Numbered from the stretch's first letter, positions 10,971-23,090 are shown. The stretch: DNA of 64,000 bases from Podarcis erhardii (GCA_964252035.1 OZ176212.1), one strand, 5' to 3'. The notes: a model not told the origin generated them from the sequence alone. Translations and numbers: made by a program.

Positions 10971-11937
10971 AGCGAGCAGTTTGTGACAGAAGCGAGATCC
11001 TCCGATAATGTGACAACAGCTTATTAATGCCCTCTCTGCCAAAGGTTTCGCGTGGGGAATCAGAACTCCCTGGTTAGATGCTGCAATTTCTCCTTTTGGC
11101 CTGTATTTGCACCCTCGCTTTTGCTCTGCTTCTGGCAGGTAGCAGCAGCTGAATGCTGCACACCCATAAGCCACCCCTTTGGTGAAAAGCAGCTCTCGGT
11201 CCCTGCAAGGCGTCAGGGAAGGGCAAACCCTGCTGGAAGGAAGCCACCCGAGAAGTTGGTCTGGGGAGAACTTATTGATCAGACAAGAGCCAAGCAGACT
11301 CGCCCCTCCCCTGTTGCTGTGGCCTAGCATGTCTTCAGGCAGTTCGCCGTCAAGTTACAGTACAGTATAGGCCACCCCGGCCGGGTCTTCTGAGGCACGC
11401 AGGTCTGCCGCTGCTTTTTCTCTTTCCAAATTCCCTCTTGCTTCCCGAAGGGAGATGTGGAAGTGGAGCAGAGTTCACCACGCCTGGCAGAAGCAGGTGG
11501 AGTTGCTTTGTGAGGGTGGCGGTGGGCGGAGGGTATGTCAGCTGTGAAACCCACGTGGAGAGTCTCTTCCCCTGACAGTTTTGATATAAATGGTTGATTC
11601 AAAGGGGCGGGGTGGCGAAGATGGGGAGAAAACAGGCCCAGCTCCACTGGGCAGAAATGCTGTTTCTGAGGCCACTACAGAGGCCTCCTCTGATTGAGGC
11701 CTTAAAGATTCCCTCAAACATCTCCCTAGCAAAGGGGCAAAAATGGCATAGCCTGGAAAAAAGTGGAAAAGGAGCCGGGGTGTGGTGGGTAGGGAAGCTT
11801 TGGCTGAATATTGTCACTGTTATCCACATTCCATCATTTATCCTTCCTCTTGGTTTTAATGTATCTCCGTGGGGTTTTGTTGTCTGCTTGTTTGGTTCCA
11901 AGTTGCTATTGGATGCCTTGGGCAAGACAAAGCAGGC

Positions 11938-12310
11938 AAAAAGGTAAAGGACCCCTGGACGGTTAAGTGCAGTCAAAGGCTACTATGGGGTTGCGGCACT
12001 CATCTCGCTTTCAGGCCGAGGGATTCAGCATTTGTCCACAGACAGCTTTCCAGGTCATGTGGCCAGCATGACTAAACCGCCTCTGGCACAACGGGACACC
12101 GTGACGGATGCCAGAGCGCACGGAAACACCATTTACCTTCCCGCTGCAGCAGTACCTGTTTATCTATTTGCACTGGCGTGCTTTCAAACTGCTAGGTTGG
12201 CAGCAGCTGGGACAGAGCAATGGGAGCTCATCCCGTCGCAGGGATTCGAACTGTCGAGCTTTCGATCGGCAAGCCCAAGAGGCTCAGTGGTTTAGACCAC
12301 AGTGCCACCC
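11938..12310 (-). mobile_element. Sauria SINE (Squam1-type), near full length
   Basis: AAGGTAAAGG tail, CAGGTCATGTGGCCAGCATGACTAA core and tRNA-like head with GGATTCGAAC (B-box). Confidence 0.95.
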
Positions 12311-12418
12311 ACAAATTTAATTAATTAACAATAATGATCATTTGTTCACCTTTGAGGACTTTGCCTCCCATCAGCTATGGGAGTTCTCTTAGGCTCCTGT
12401 CTGTTTCTCCATTTTTAG

Positions 12419-12540
12419 ACTACAGCCAGGGATAGTTTTGCGGACGTACAAATTGGTCTGGAGGGGCTTTGACCTGGGCACTGGTGTTGTAGCTGTTTCT
12501 AAATGTACTAGGAAATCTGGGCGGGTGGGAGATTTGATAG
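12419..12540 (+). other. Candidate internal (5'UTR or cassette) exon, 122 nt
   Basis: CTCCTGTCTGTTTCTCCATTTTTAG| acceptor and perfect-consensus AG|GTGAGT donor. Confidence 0.45.
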
Positions 12541-13739
12541 GTGAGTGGTTGTTGCATTGGAATTTTATTTTTGTTGAGTTTTATTATTGCCATTAAAAAA
12601 TTGTTCTTTGAATTGCTTATTGAAAAGAGGAAAACTGCACACTAAATATCTCCCCTTGCACTGGCATTTATGTTAATTCTCAGCCTTTGGCCTTGAAGAT
12701 ATGGCTTCGTCCAAGTCAGGTTACCTGGAATTTAGAGAGGGGACAGTTGCCTTCTTTCTGTCCTTGGTCGCTCGGTTGACTTGTTTGAATCTGCCTGGAG
12801 GTTCCTCCCAGGCCACTGCCACAAATGCCTCTTCTGTAGTGCCTCTGCTCTCTTTTTGCATATGGGGATTTCAGCCTTGTGGATTAATGAGCAGATGCAG
12901 TGGTGGTGGCGAAAAATTATCATGATTAGAGTACATTGCAATTTTTTAGAACAGCAACAACAAACACTTCTCATCTTTCCAGTAATGGCGCTGTGTTTAA
13001 AATGAAATGAAGATGGTAAGGTATGGAAAGCTAACATATGCTTCAGTGTTAGTATGGGGATACTGCTAGGAGTTTGAAAAATATTCAGACGCAGTTATCA
13101 GAATGCTGTCGAAAGGATAAAGGGGCAGTACTTAATTGTTGGAAACAGAGGTGACCAGGCTTGGACCTGCATTGGGAGCCTGCCGGCTGCCTTAGATTTA
13201 AGACTGCTTCCTTAATTCCAGATGTGATGGAATTTGCTCAATAAAGAGGGGAAATTAGTCTGTGCATGCTCAGAGGTGCATTATCCTGTATATCAGGAAT
13301 GGGGAACTGTGGTCCTTCAGATGTTACTGGAGTCCAGCTGAAGGATTAAAACAAAATCCTTAGAAAGAGCCCATAAGGAGAAGGAACTCTAAACAGCCCA
13401 GTGTGAACTGAGCATGCTCCGTGGCTGTGGAATACAGTCCTTTTGCTGATGGTGAGGAGTGGAAGCCTTGATCTGTGGCGGAGAGATGTGCAGTAGAATG
13501 AAATGGAGTACTGTATCCTGAGATGTGCAATGGGAGTACTATATCCTGAAAGAGTAGTTGTGACCCTGAAGAGGAGCACTTCACACTGCAATGCTTTGTT
13601 GAAGATTACATTTTTATTTTTTATTTTTTTTGGGAATTTAAACAGGCTACAATTTTATTGATTACAGGTGTCAGCAGGTTTTGATAGAGACATTGGGTAT
13701 GTATCCTGAATCAACCAACCTGTCTGCTGGTTGATTATC

Positions 13740-14147
13740 TTTTTTTAAAAAAATATTTATTAAGGTTTTTTTAGATATAAAATGCACACATAAAACAATC
13801 TTGCTTCTATCACAACAAATTCTTCGCTTCTTTGGACTCCCTCACGTCCCCCTCTCCCATTTACGTCGTTAAAAATTTTTTTCCAAACAAATTATCAACT
13901 TGTTTACAGTCTCATGTCCACACATTCAAATATAATCTAGCACTTTTTCCAATAAAATTTTTATATTTTCTTTAATCTCACTTAGCATCAAATTTAAATC
14001 TAGTTTAGTGGTGGCCAATTTTTTATAATCTAGCATCCTTCTTAACATTCAAACAAATTACAATGTTTTTGTAGATACATCTTGAATTTCTCCCAGTCTT
14101 CCTCCATCTTTTCTTCTCCCAGATCTCGGATTCTGCCAGTCATCTCT
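13740..14147 (-). mobile_element. L1 LINE 3' end
   Basis: Minus strand encodes EMTGRIRDLGEEKMEEDWEKFKMYLQKHCNLFEC* (lizard L1 ORF2 C-terminus-like), then AT-rich 3' UTR, AATAAA and poly(A). Confidence 0.8.
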
Positions 14148-14742
14148 GTTGAAGATTACATTTAGAACAGAACATTGTTTTGTTATCTTTGTCTTTTAAT
14201 GAATGAGGCGGTACCGTCAAGAGGTGGCTAATGGAGAAGGGGACTTCAAGGCCAACGAAACCTGAACATTTATTTCTTGTTTCTATTAACACTTCCCTTG
14301 TCTCGTGGTTTCTATCGAGGCACATTTATTGTAAGCTGCAAAAGGAGCCATAGTTGACTTTCTATGCTAAATGCGTGTTGGGGAAGGGGTATAGCATGTT
14401 GCATGGTTTCTCTCTCTTGCCCATCCTAATATTTTGCATCTGCGCTGGTCTCTAGCCTAGTCTCTAGTTGGTGCGATAAAGCCTTATGGGTCCCCACCTA
14501 GGACAATTCACCTGAGCACCTCGTTTTGATTTTTTCCAAACACTTTTTAAATAACTTGGGCGGGGGGGGGGGGGGGAGGCGGGAAGAGACTGTGCTAAGA
14601 CACCTTTGAAATTCCAATGTTTCTGCACAGTTTCTTAAAGTAGAAGATGCTGCCTAGGAACACTTGAGGTCTGTGATGGAAGAAAAGTGATAAATATATA
14701 AGAAAAAACGAAATAGTGCTATAATAGTGCTGATGCAAAAGG

Positions 14743-14744
<2 letters not shown>

Positions 14745-14785
<41 letters not shown>
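14745..14785. repeat. (AC)n microsatellite
   Basis: Seen directly. Confidence 0.95.
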
Positions 14786-14789
<4 letters not shown>

Positions 14790-15562
14790 TAAAATCAGTG
14801 TTCAGATTTGTGCTAAAATGCTTGTCAGAGTAGGTACTATTCTGAATATATTTTAATAATTTTAAATATATATAGAAAAGGTGCAAATTAAAAGATTGAT
14901 TTTGAAAGGGGGAACTGAACTGGCACTGGCGGGCAAACGAAGTGTGCGCCAGTGAAGTTGTGCCAAATTCTAAAGGTGTGTCAATAGATGCACCCACTGG
15001 ATAGGTTGCTGTACGGGTCAAAGCCACAGTTGAAAGAGCAGCACCAAGCTGGGACTGCACTACTATTGCAACATTATTATTTTTTTAGGGTGGCGGCAGG
15101 GGGAGGACAGATTTTTTGAAGTTGCAAATAAGACAGAAGAACCTTACAGGGTTGGGGAAAGCAAACTGTTATGATATCATGCCGGTGCCCTGTAAAAAGT
15201 GAGTGGACAAAGGATAGCTGTCCCACAGTAGATTCCTAGCACTCTTTTATTCTCATTTTACAGAGAAGGGGCTTGGAGACAGTGAGCTGTCCTAGGCTAC
15301 CGCACTATGAAGGCATTGCTAAAGAAGGCCCTAGACTTTTATACAAGGCCTTTCAGATATGAATCCAGTTCTCTGTTCGGTTATATGGATTTGAGGGCCA
15401 GTTAAAGTGGTTCACACTTGTCAGCGATCTCTGCCTGAACACCAGCTCTCTGTGCTTTCTTGTGGAGGCTGTATATGCAGCTGCCACAACGTGAGGTATC
15501 TCAAAAAAGGTGCCGCCACAATCCGTGTTAATCGCAGCATGCCTCTGGTGCATCTCCCCATA

Positions 15563-15788
15563 AAGTCATTCCTTGGAAGTAGGACAGAATCCGTTCCGGA
15601 AGTCTGTTTGACTTCCAAAAATGTTCGAAAACTGAATCGCGACTTCTGATTGGCTGCAGAAAGCTCCTGCAGTCAATCAGAAGCCGTGGAAGCCCCGCCA
15701 GATGTTTGTGTTCCCAAAGAATGTTTGCAAACCGGAACAATGACTTCCGGGTTTGCAGCGTTTGGGAGCCAAAACCAAGGTATGACTG
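15563..15788. mobile_element. Tc1/mariner-type MITE (family A)
   Basis: Ends AAGTCATTCCTTGG / CCAAGGTATGACTG; internal sequence matches 48642-48870. Confidence 0.85.
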
Positions 15789-16584
15789 TTTAGAGACACC
15801 AGTTCACATGAACCGCATTTCCAGGCGAATTCAGCCTGGGTCAGAGTTGCACTTCCTATTTATATCTCCACCAAGGAACGAGCGCAAGGGAGGAACTGTG
15901 CAAAAGTGGTATGTTACTTCACAAGGGTATAGTCCTGGTATGCTGCCTACAAATCTCTTAAACAAACAAACAAGTAAATAATACGAGGCGGCCTTTAATC
16001 TTTTCCCAAACTGCAATGCTACAGGTTTGCAACTCCCAATAACTGGGCTCTAAGCCATTCTTGTTCTAACCTTGTGGGCATTTAGCAAAACACCAGAATG
16101 TGGGCTCCCAGATCCTTCCCCAAAGCTTATTAACCTGTTAAACCCAGTTTGGCTTTCCACATCTATTGGGCCGGGAAGCAAAAAATTGTGGATGCCTGGC
16201 TCTTGTGCACCAAGAAATATGCTGCGGGGTGCAAATGAGTTGTATCCAACTTAAGTTGTATTTGATGAGTAGACCCGTCAGAATTAATGAACCTAAGTTA
16301 GTCATGTTAATGAACTTCAGCGGGTCTACTCTGAGTAGGGCTAGTATTGGATACGACAAGGCTAAGGCTTTTTGAAATATTTATTGTTCCGCTTGGTACA
16401 TTAAAAACACAGATGTCTGGGCATTTTTAAATGAAGACTAAAACTTGGGGCTGTGAGGTGATTCAGGGAGTCAGTATAACAGAGCAGAGCGACTTGGCGG
16501 TTTGAGCATATTACACGGATCCGGGCCCAACTGCACTGGCTGGAATGCTCTCCCCAGGGAGGATTGACTGGTACCTTCATTATA

Positions 16585-16790
16585 TATATTTAGGTGCCAG
16601 GCGAAAACATTCCTCTTCAACCAAGGCTGATTAATATCCCACAGCCTTTTCAATGTGTTTGTGGGAGTGCGGTTGTTTTGTTTTGTTTTGCTGAAACTAT
16701 TTATTTTGGGCTCTTATCCTGTATTTTAACTTGTGAACTGCCCTGAGATCTTTGGATGAAGGGCGGTATATAAATTTAATTAATAAATTA
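16585..16790 (+). mobile_element. L2 LINE 3' end
   Basis: TTTAGGTGCCAGGCGAAAACATTCCTCTT...GAAGGGCGGTATATAAAT; matches the reverse complement of the 18493 element's 3' end. Confidence 0.8.
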
Positions 16791-16842
16791 GCAATAAAGA
16801 CAGGTTGCATGCAAACACATTTATTGAAGGGCGCCTTATTCC

Positions 16843-17074
16843 AACAGGCTTTTGAGAACTGACTGCTTTTAATGAAAGGGCTGGTGCCATGCTGTTTTTA
16901 TTTGTATGTTTTTAATAGTTCTCACCTATATATTTCTATTAAAGTTCAATTGTTTTTTCACGATATTTTCCCCCCCTCCTTATGCTTTTAACTGTTCTTA
17001 TTTTATCCGTAAGCCACCAAGGGTCCCTGTCAGGGGGAAAAGGCAGGTTATAAAAAAAGCATGTTATAATAATA

Positions 17075-17123
<49 letters not shown>
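16843..17123 (+). mobile_element. L2-type 3' end with long (AAT)n tail
   Basis: GTAAGCCACC...GGCAGGTTATAAA followed by (AAT)n at 17066-17123. Confidence 0.65.
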
Positions 17124-17124
<1 letters not shown>

Positions 17125-18019
17125 CGGCTTTTAAGAAAGAAAAGAAAAACAGCTTTGAGAGGCTGCAGTTTTGAGCAATGAGGAAGCAGAGGCGGTGCTC
17201 CCTATCTGCTCTCCCTGCTCCACCCTGCACAACTGAAGGTGATTTTGAGTGGGAAAACAGCCGGTGGGGAAAGGATTAAGTGCCCCCCTCCCTCTGCTTT
17301 TCTGCTCTCAATTCCCTAAGTGGAATAACCCCTAAGTGGGAAAGGGAGGTTGGATCAGCCTGTAAGAGACAGATTAAGGGTGAAGACAGGAGGAGCTTGT
17401 CTGCGATTGTGTCATGAAAGTAGAATGTACAGCTGCTGACAGAAAATCTACTGGCTTGTCATGAATGTGGCAAGCTTATATTGTAGGCTCCTCATGGCAG
17501 GGACCTGCCTGTGTGTCTTTTGTTTTGCCTGTGGTATTATGCAATAGGCTACATACACAGGTAGCCCTGTATTGAAACACATTCCTGTGTTTATCTTTCA
17601 AAAGTCACGCTTCTGGTCCCCTTAAAAAAAACCAGAAAGCCTGCCTGCAGTTTCCACGTTTCGGCAACAAATCTAGCCTCCCTAGGAAATGCTAGGTATC
17701 AGGAGTCTCAGTCAGTACAATCTTTAAATCCTTTGCTGTTCTCGCAGCCGTCCAATCAGCTTCTGACTCTCTCATTCCTCTGTGACCTGTTCCCCCTCCT
17801 TACTCTGCTAACTAGGCAGGCTGTGCTGGCAGTTGGATGCAGCAGCTAGAATTAAAGCTGCATTTGAAGGATGGCGTAGCTTTGTTTCCATATGCTCATC
17901 TGTTAGTGAGAGTTGGAGGGGTTTCCTGAGTGGACCACAGTCCTCTGTCTTCTGACGGTCTTGCATATCCGCTCTTCTGTGCTTTCATGTCAGGACTGGG
18001 GTCAAGCTTCATGACAGGA

Positions 18020-18158
18020 AAAGGTCATAGCTCAGCCGTAAAGCAGAACGCCCCACGTTCAATCCCTGACATCTAAAGTTCGGACTTAGAATGTCTCCTG
18101 TCTGAAACTCTAGATAGACAGTACTGAACTAGATGGACCGATTGGTCTCACATGAAAG
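18020..18158 (+). mobile_element. tRNA-derived SINE with CR1-type tail (Squam2-like), internally deleted
   Basis: GGTCATAGCTCAG A-box, GTTCAATCCC B-box, TACTGAACTAGATGGACC tail. Confidence 0.75.
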
Positions 18159-19814
18159 ACGGAGTATGTTTGTTTTTTCCTGCTCTGGAGGGTAGGATCT
18201 GAAGGAGCGTCTCCATCCCCATCATCCAGCCCAGACACTGAGATCCAGCTCCGATGGTTTCTGGTGGTTCCCTCATTGCGAAAGGTGAGGTTACAGGGAA
18301 CCAGGCAGAGGGCCTTTTCGGTATTCGCACCCACCTGTGGAACATCCTCCGAGCAGATGTCAAACAGATAAACAACTATGTGATTTTTAAAAGACATCTG
18401 GAGAGAGGTTTTTAGTGTGTGATGTTATGTTGTGCTTTTACTCTCTTTTTTTTGTTGGGAGCTACTCGGAGTGGCTGGGGCAACCCAGTCAGATTATTAT
18501 TATTATTATTAATTGAATTTATATATCGCCCTAGACCCGGAGGTCTCGGGACGGCTCACAGAATAAAATCAAAATATAAAACCACAAAATACATAATCAA
18601 AATAAAAAACAAAAACCCAATAACGCCCCCCCCAACCCCCACATTTTAAAAAGGCATAGAATATCAATCAAATCAACCAATAGCCTGGTTAAAAAGGAAC
18701 GTTTTTGCTTGGTGCCTAAAGGTGTATAATGAAGGCACCAGGCAAACTTCCCTGGGGAGAGCATTTCACAGATGGGGAGCCACTGCAGAGAAGGCCCTGT
18801 TCTCGTGTTGCCACCCTCCAGACCTCTCAAGGAGGAGGCACATGAACAAGGGCCTCAGAAGATGATCTCAGGGTCCGGGTAGGTTCATATGGAAAGAGGC
18901 AGTCTGTGAGGTATTGTCGTCCTGAGCTGTTTAAGGCATTCTCCGTCAAAACCCGCACTTTGAATTGGGCCCACAAACTAATTGGTAGCCAGTGCAGTCG
19001 GACCAGGATTGGTGTAATATGCTCAAACCATCTTGCTCCAGTGAGCATCCTGGCCGCTGAATTCTGCATTAGCTGAAGCTTCTGAACCATTTTCAAAGGC
19101 TGCCCTACGTATAACGCATTGCAGTAATCTAAGCTTGAGGTTACTAGAGCATGGACAACAGTAGTTAAGCTATCCCTGTCCAGATAGGGGCGTAGCTGGG
19201 CCACCAGCCGAAGTTGATGGAAGGCGCTCCGGGCCACTGAGACCACCTGAGCAAAGGATCCAGGAGTACCCCCAAACTACGAACCTGCTCCTTCAGAGGA
19301 AGTGTAACCCCATCAAGAGCAGGCGATCTCCCATCCATCCAGTCTAGCAATCTACCCACTAACAGTCCTATCTGGATTGAGTTTCAGTTTGTTGGTTCTC
19401 ATCCGGTCCATTACTGAGGCAAGACACTGGCCCAGCAGTTCCACTGCCTTACCTGCAGATATAAAGGATAAATAGAGCTCAGTTTCATCAGCATACTGCT
19501 GACAACATACTCCAAACCTCCAGATAACCCCACCCAGCAGTTTCATGTAGATATTAAACAACTCAGGAGATAGAATTGACCCCTGTGGAACCCCACATTG
19601 AAGGTTCCACAGGGCTGAAAAGCATTCCCCAATCAACACCCTCTGGGAACAACTATCCAAGCAGGGCTGGAACCACCACAAAGCAGTGCCACCCACCCCT
19701 AGTTTGGACAGTCGCTCCAAAAGGATCCCATGGTCGATGGTATCGAAAGCCGCTGAGAGGTCGAGAAGAATTAACAGGGACATGTTCCCCTTCTCTCTCT
19801 CTCAACAGAGGTTA

Positions 19815-20044
19815 AAACAAAACAAATTCCTTCCAGTAGCACCTTAAAGACCAACTAAGTCAGTTCTTGGTATGAGCTTTCGTGTGCATGCACATGTACA
19901 CTGTTTCAGTGTATCTGAAGAAGTGTGCATGCACACGAAAGCTCATACCAAGAACTGACTTAGTTGGTCTTTAAGGTGCTACTGGAAGGAATTTGTTTTG
20001 TTTTGACTATGGCAGACCAACACGGCTACCTATCTGTAACTGGA
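19815..20044 (+). mobile_element. Young Penelope-like element terminal repeat in fold-back arrangement
   Basis: 81-bp perfect inverted arms 19814-19894/19924-20004; exact 13-bp TSD TCAACAGAGGTTA (19802-19814, 20045-20057). Confidence 0.9.
19911..19948 (+). ncRNA. Minimal type I hammerhead ribozyme motif (PLE-associated)
   Basis: GTAT-CTGAAGA-a-GTGTGCATGCACAC-GAAA-GC-TC^ATAC: 4-bp stem I, core CUGANGA/GAAA, stem II, palindromic AGCU stem III, UC cleavage site. Activity is not shown by sequence. Confidence 0.75.
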
Positions 20045-20393
20045 TCAACAGAGGTTATCATACAGGGCAACCCAAGCAGTTTCTGGGCCTAAACCCTGAT
20101 CAAAATGGATCCAGAAAATCAGTTTCTTCCAAAAGTGCATGGATCTGGTCTCCGACCACTCACTCCAGAACCTTGTTCAGGAAAGGGAAATTAGCAACTG
20201 GCCTGTGGTTAGTTAGGTTTTCTGAATCCAGGGAAGGTTTCTTAAGGAGTGGTTTCAAACAGGCAGGGACCACCCCATCTCGTAAAGAGGCATTGATCAC
20301 CTCCCTGGCTCAGCCAGCTGTTCCCTCTCTGCTGGTTTTTAGCAAGATGGGCAGCATATAATAAACTACTACTACTACTACTACTACTTCTTT

Positions 20394-20522
20394 CAGGACT
20401 TTTTCAGCTGGAACTTGCCAGAACTCTGGCACCTCTCGGGTGGGCACCATTGCCATTCTAAGAGTACGAGGGAGGTGTTCATGGTGAGATCCTGCACCTC
20501 TTTTTCTAGAAAAATAGCTCTG
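20394..20522. mobile_element. hAT-like MITE
   Basis: Ends CAGGACTTTTT / AAAAATAGCTCTG. Confidence 0.65.
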
Positions 20523-20538
20523 ATTACTATTATTATGA

Positions 20539-20750
20539 ACAAAGAAAGGAGATTCCTACTAAACATCAGGAAGAACTTTCTGATGGTAGGAGCTGTTTGA
20601 CAGTGGAAAGGTCTCCTTTGAGAGGTCACTCCTTCCTTGGAGGGTTTTAAGCAGAGGTTGGATGGTTATCTGTCATGGATGCTTTAGTTGAGATTCCTGC
20701 ATTGCAGGGGGTTGGACCATGGGGTCCCTTCAAATTCTACCGTTCTATAA
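20539..20750 (+). mobile_element. CR1 LINE 3' end
   Basis: KERRFLLNIRKNFLMVGAV then CATTGCAGGGGGTTGGAC...CCCTTC tail. Confidence 0.92.
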
Positions 20751-20931
20751 GTCCAAGGCAGGGGCAGGGGTCAGCAACCTTTTCCAGCTGTGGGCTGGAG
20801 GCAAGAGTCTGCGCTACTTCTCACTACAAGGAGTCACTTAGACTGAGTAACCAGCCTGGACGGAAATAATTTATAAGGCCAGGTGTGTCTCCATTGGCTT
20901 GTGGGATCATATGGCAATGCTTAGTGTAGTA

Positions 20932-21156
20932 CAGTGGTACTTTGGTTCTCAAATGCCTTGGTTCTCAAACACCGAAAACCCGGAAGTAAGTGTTCTGGTT
21001 TTCGAACCTTTTTCGGAAGCCGAACGTCCAATGCGGTTGTCGGCTATTGTTTCCGGGGCGCCTGCACCAGTCAGAAGCTGCGCCTTGGTTTTCAAACATT
21101 TTGGGAGTGAAACGGACTCCCGGAACGGATTAAGTTCGAGAACCAAGGTACCACTG
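20932..21156. mobile_element. Tc1/mariner-type MITE (family A)
   Basis: TA|CAGTGGTACTTTGGTTCTC ... GAGAACCAAGGTACCACTG|TA. Confidence 0.95.
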
Positions 21157-22166
21157 TACTGCAGCTTAGATGACACCCTTGACCCACAGAGGCTGAGGGA
21201 CCTGGATGAGGTGGTGCAGATGGCATGGTGCTGGAGGCTTGTGGTCCCTCTTCAAGGCTCCACCTTATTGTTTATTCTGTAGGCCCCAATCTGCTCAGCC
21301 CAACCTTGTCACAGGTGTATGAGCTTGGGTCAAGATCTGAGCCAAACCCAGGGTTAGTTCTGCTGCTGTGGTGGTCCGTAGATTCTGGAACGGCTTGCAG
21401 AACATCCTGCACTGTTTTACTCCATTCAATAAAGAGGTATGGTACAGCTCTGATCTGAGGGCAGGTGAGATCTCTTGGTGCCTTATTGGCTCTTCCAGCC
21501 TTCCAAGCCTTTCGGTTTTTTCCCGGCTAATGGTAGAGTCCCTTCTGAACCTCAGCTTTTGCAGAGAGGACTCCAGACTCCTTTACCAACCCCTGCTGTG
21601 ATGTCGGTGGCCCTCAGTAGGCAAGAAGGGCATTATCTCAATGACATGAAAAGGTTCACTTGCTGAATTATGCAGATCAAGCGGCTGTTAAAGGCGCCTG
21701 CAGTTATCTGTTCCCCCACCTTCACTGATAATCCTAATTGCAGAGTCACGGGGGATTCCCTGCTGACAAAATCTGAGACCTAAGTAGTGGCTCCTGGAAT
21801 TCAGTTAGTATATATATTTTAATAGATTTCAACATGGTTCTGATATCCCCCAAAGGGCCTGATTAATAAGAGTGTTGCCTATGGGATCCTTGCCTCCATA
21901 TATTTCTCTCTCTCTCTCTGTGATGTAGGATCTAATTCCCTCTCCTCCTCTCCCCCCCCCCCATTTGAATTTCCCTTGCCAGTTGTCGGAAAGCATTAAG
22001 CGATGGGCTGCCACTGCCTCTGTGCCAAATGAAAACTGAATCCTTCTTTCCTAGCTGCCTGCCGGGGTGGCAGAGAAAGGGGGAGGGAGTGAATGGGTGG
22101 GTGGGAGGAGAAGAGCTGACCCTTTTTCTTAGATGTCTTCCCCTCCCCACTCTCCTCCTCTTTGGA

Positions 22167-22169
<3 letters not shown>

Positions 22170-22203
<34 letters not shown>
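22170..22203. repeat. (GT)17 microsatellite
   Basis: Seen directly. Confidence 0.95.
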
Positions 22204-22204
<1 letters not shown>

Positions 22205-23090
22205 AGGAAACAGTAGCTAGCTGTGTCGCTGAGAAATCACTGTGAGCTGAATGACCTTCTCTCTGTGACACAAGGGGGGTTGATAGTTGTATTCCTTTAT
22301 GGGCAGCAGGTTTGGGAATGAGAGGGCAATGCTGAATATCAGAAATGAGGAGGGGCCAGACTTCCCTGGAAGGCCCTGGCAATCTCCTTTCCTACATTTT
22401 CTCAATTTTGTTATTTAAGCAACGTGGCGATTTTTACTGGGTTTTACCAGTCGCCTTTTCTGGGTGCTCAAGGCGACATGCTGTGGCGTTATAATAAAAT
22501 CACCCAAACCTGAAGCAACAGTAAAAATAATGGCTAATGAGAAGCTGAAACTAGGTTCCCCCCTCCTCTGAAAAATTGGGTCTTTAAAAAATAAAAAAAC
22601 ACTGAGAAGGCGTTTAAAAACAGGACAGATAGTGTAATGGTTGAGGTAGTTAGGCCAAAATTAGACGTTACATTACTCATGTTGCTAGCTCTTGTGCGAT
22701 TGTTTGTTTGTTTTTTTAAAAAAATAATTTGCAGGGAGGCAGATTAGGACTGTGGCATGGGGGGAAAGGGGTGGTGGTGGTTATCCCTTTGCCCCTTCTG
22801 CTGTTCTAGTTAGAATTGGGGTCCTAACTGGAATAGGGGCTTTCTTCCCGCATTGCAAAGAGAAGGGCCTTTTGATCCCAATTGAGGCTATGGCAGGGCC
22901 AAAGGCTTAAAGCCCCCTTCCTCTCACCCCATGCCTCATAGCCTCTTGGACTGGGGAGAACTGAGTTTACGCTCTTGTACGGCTAAGAGTGGATCCATAA
23001 ATCACAAAGGGTGGCCCAGCAAGATCAAAGCAAGCCGCCGGTTTTAATGGACAGCTCCACAGTAGAAGATCAGTACTCAGAACTTCTAGT

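Larger units (their letters stand above)
18493..20358 (-). mobile_element. L2 LINE, 5'-truncated (~1.6 kb), RT pseudogene interrupted by a Penelope-like insert
   Basis: Broken ORF2 pieces PLLKKPSLD...RPVANFPFLNKVLE (20.1-20.3 kb), LLDLSAAFDTIDH...GVPQGSILSP...YADE (19352-19783), LDYCNALY...LHWLP (18827-19246); (AAT)n tail at 18493. Confidence 0.96.

Noticed and set aside
14148-14335. Possible 5'-inverted segment of the L1 copy
   Set aside because: No L1 ORF2-like translation on either strand and no clear TSD
17048-17230. Poly-Tyr, poly-Asn, (HT)n, (CV)n and (ER)n ORFs here and elsewhere
   Set aside because: Translations of microsatellites
18827-19783. RT-like ORFs as a functional gene
   Set aside because: Frameshifted, 5'-truncated L2 copy interrupted by another element
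22642-22650. let-7-like TGAGGTAGT
   Set aside because: Only 9 nt match and no hairpin; context resembles a decayed SINE head
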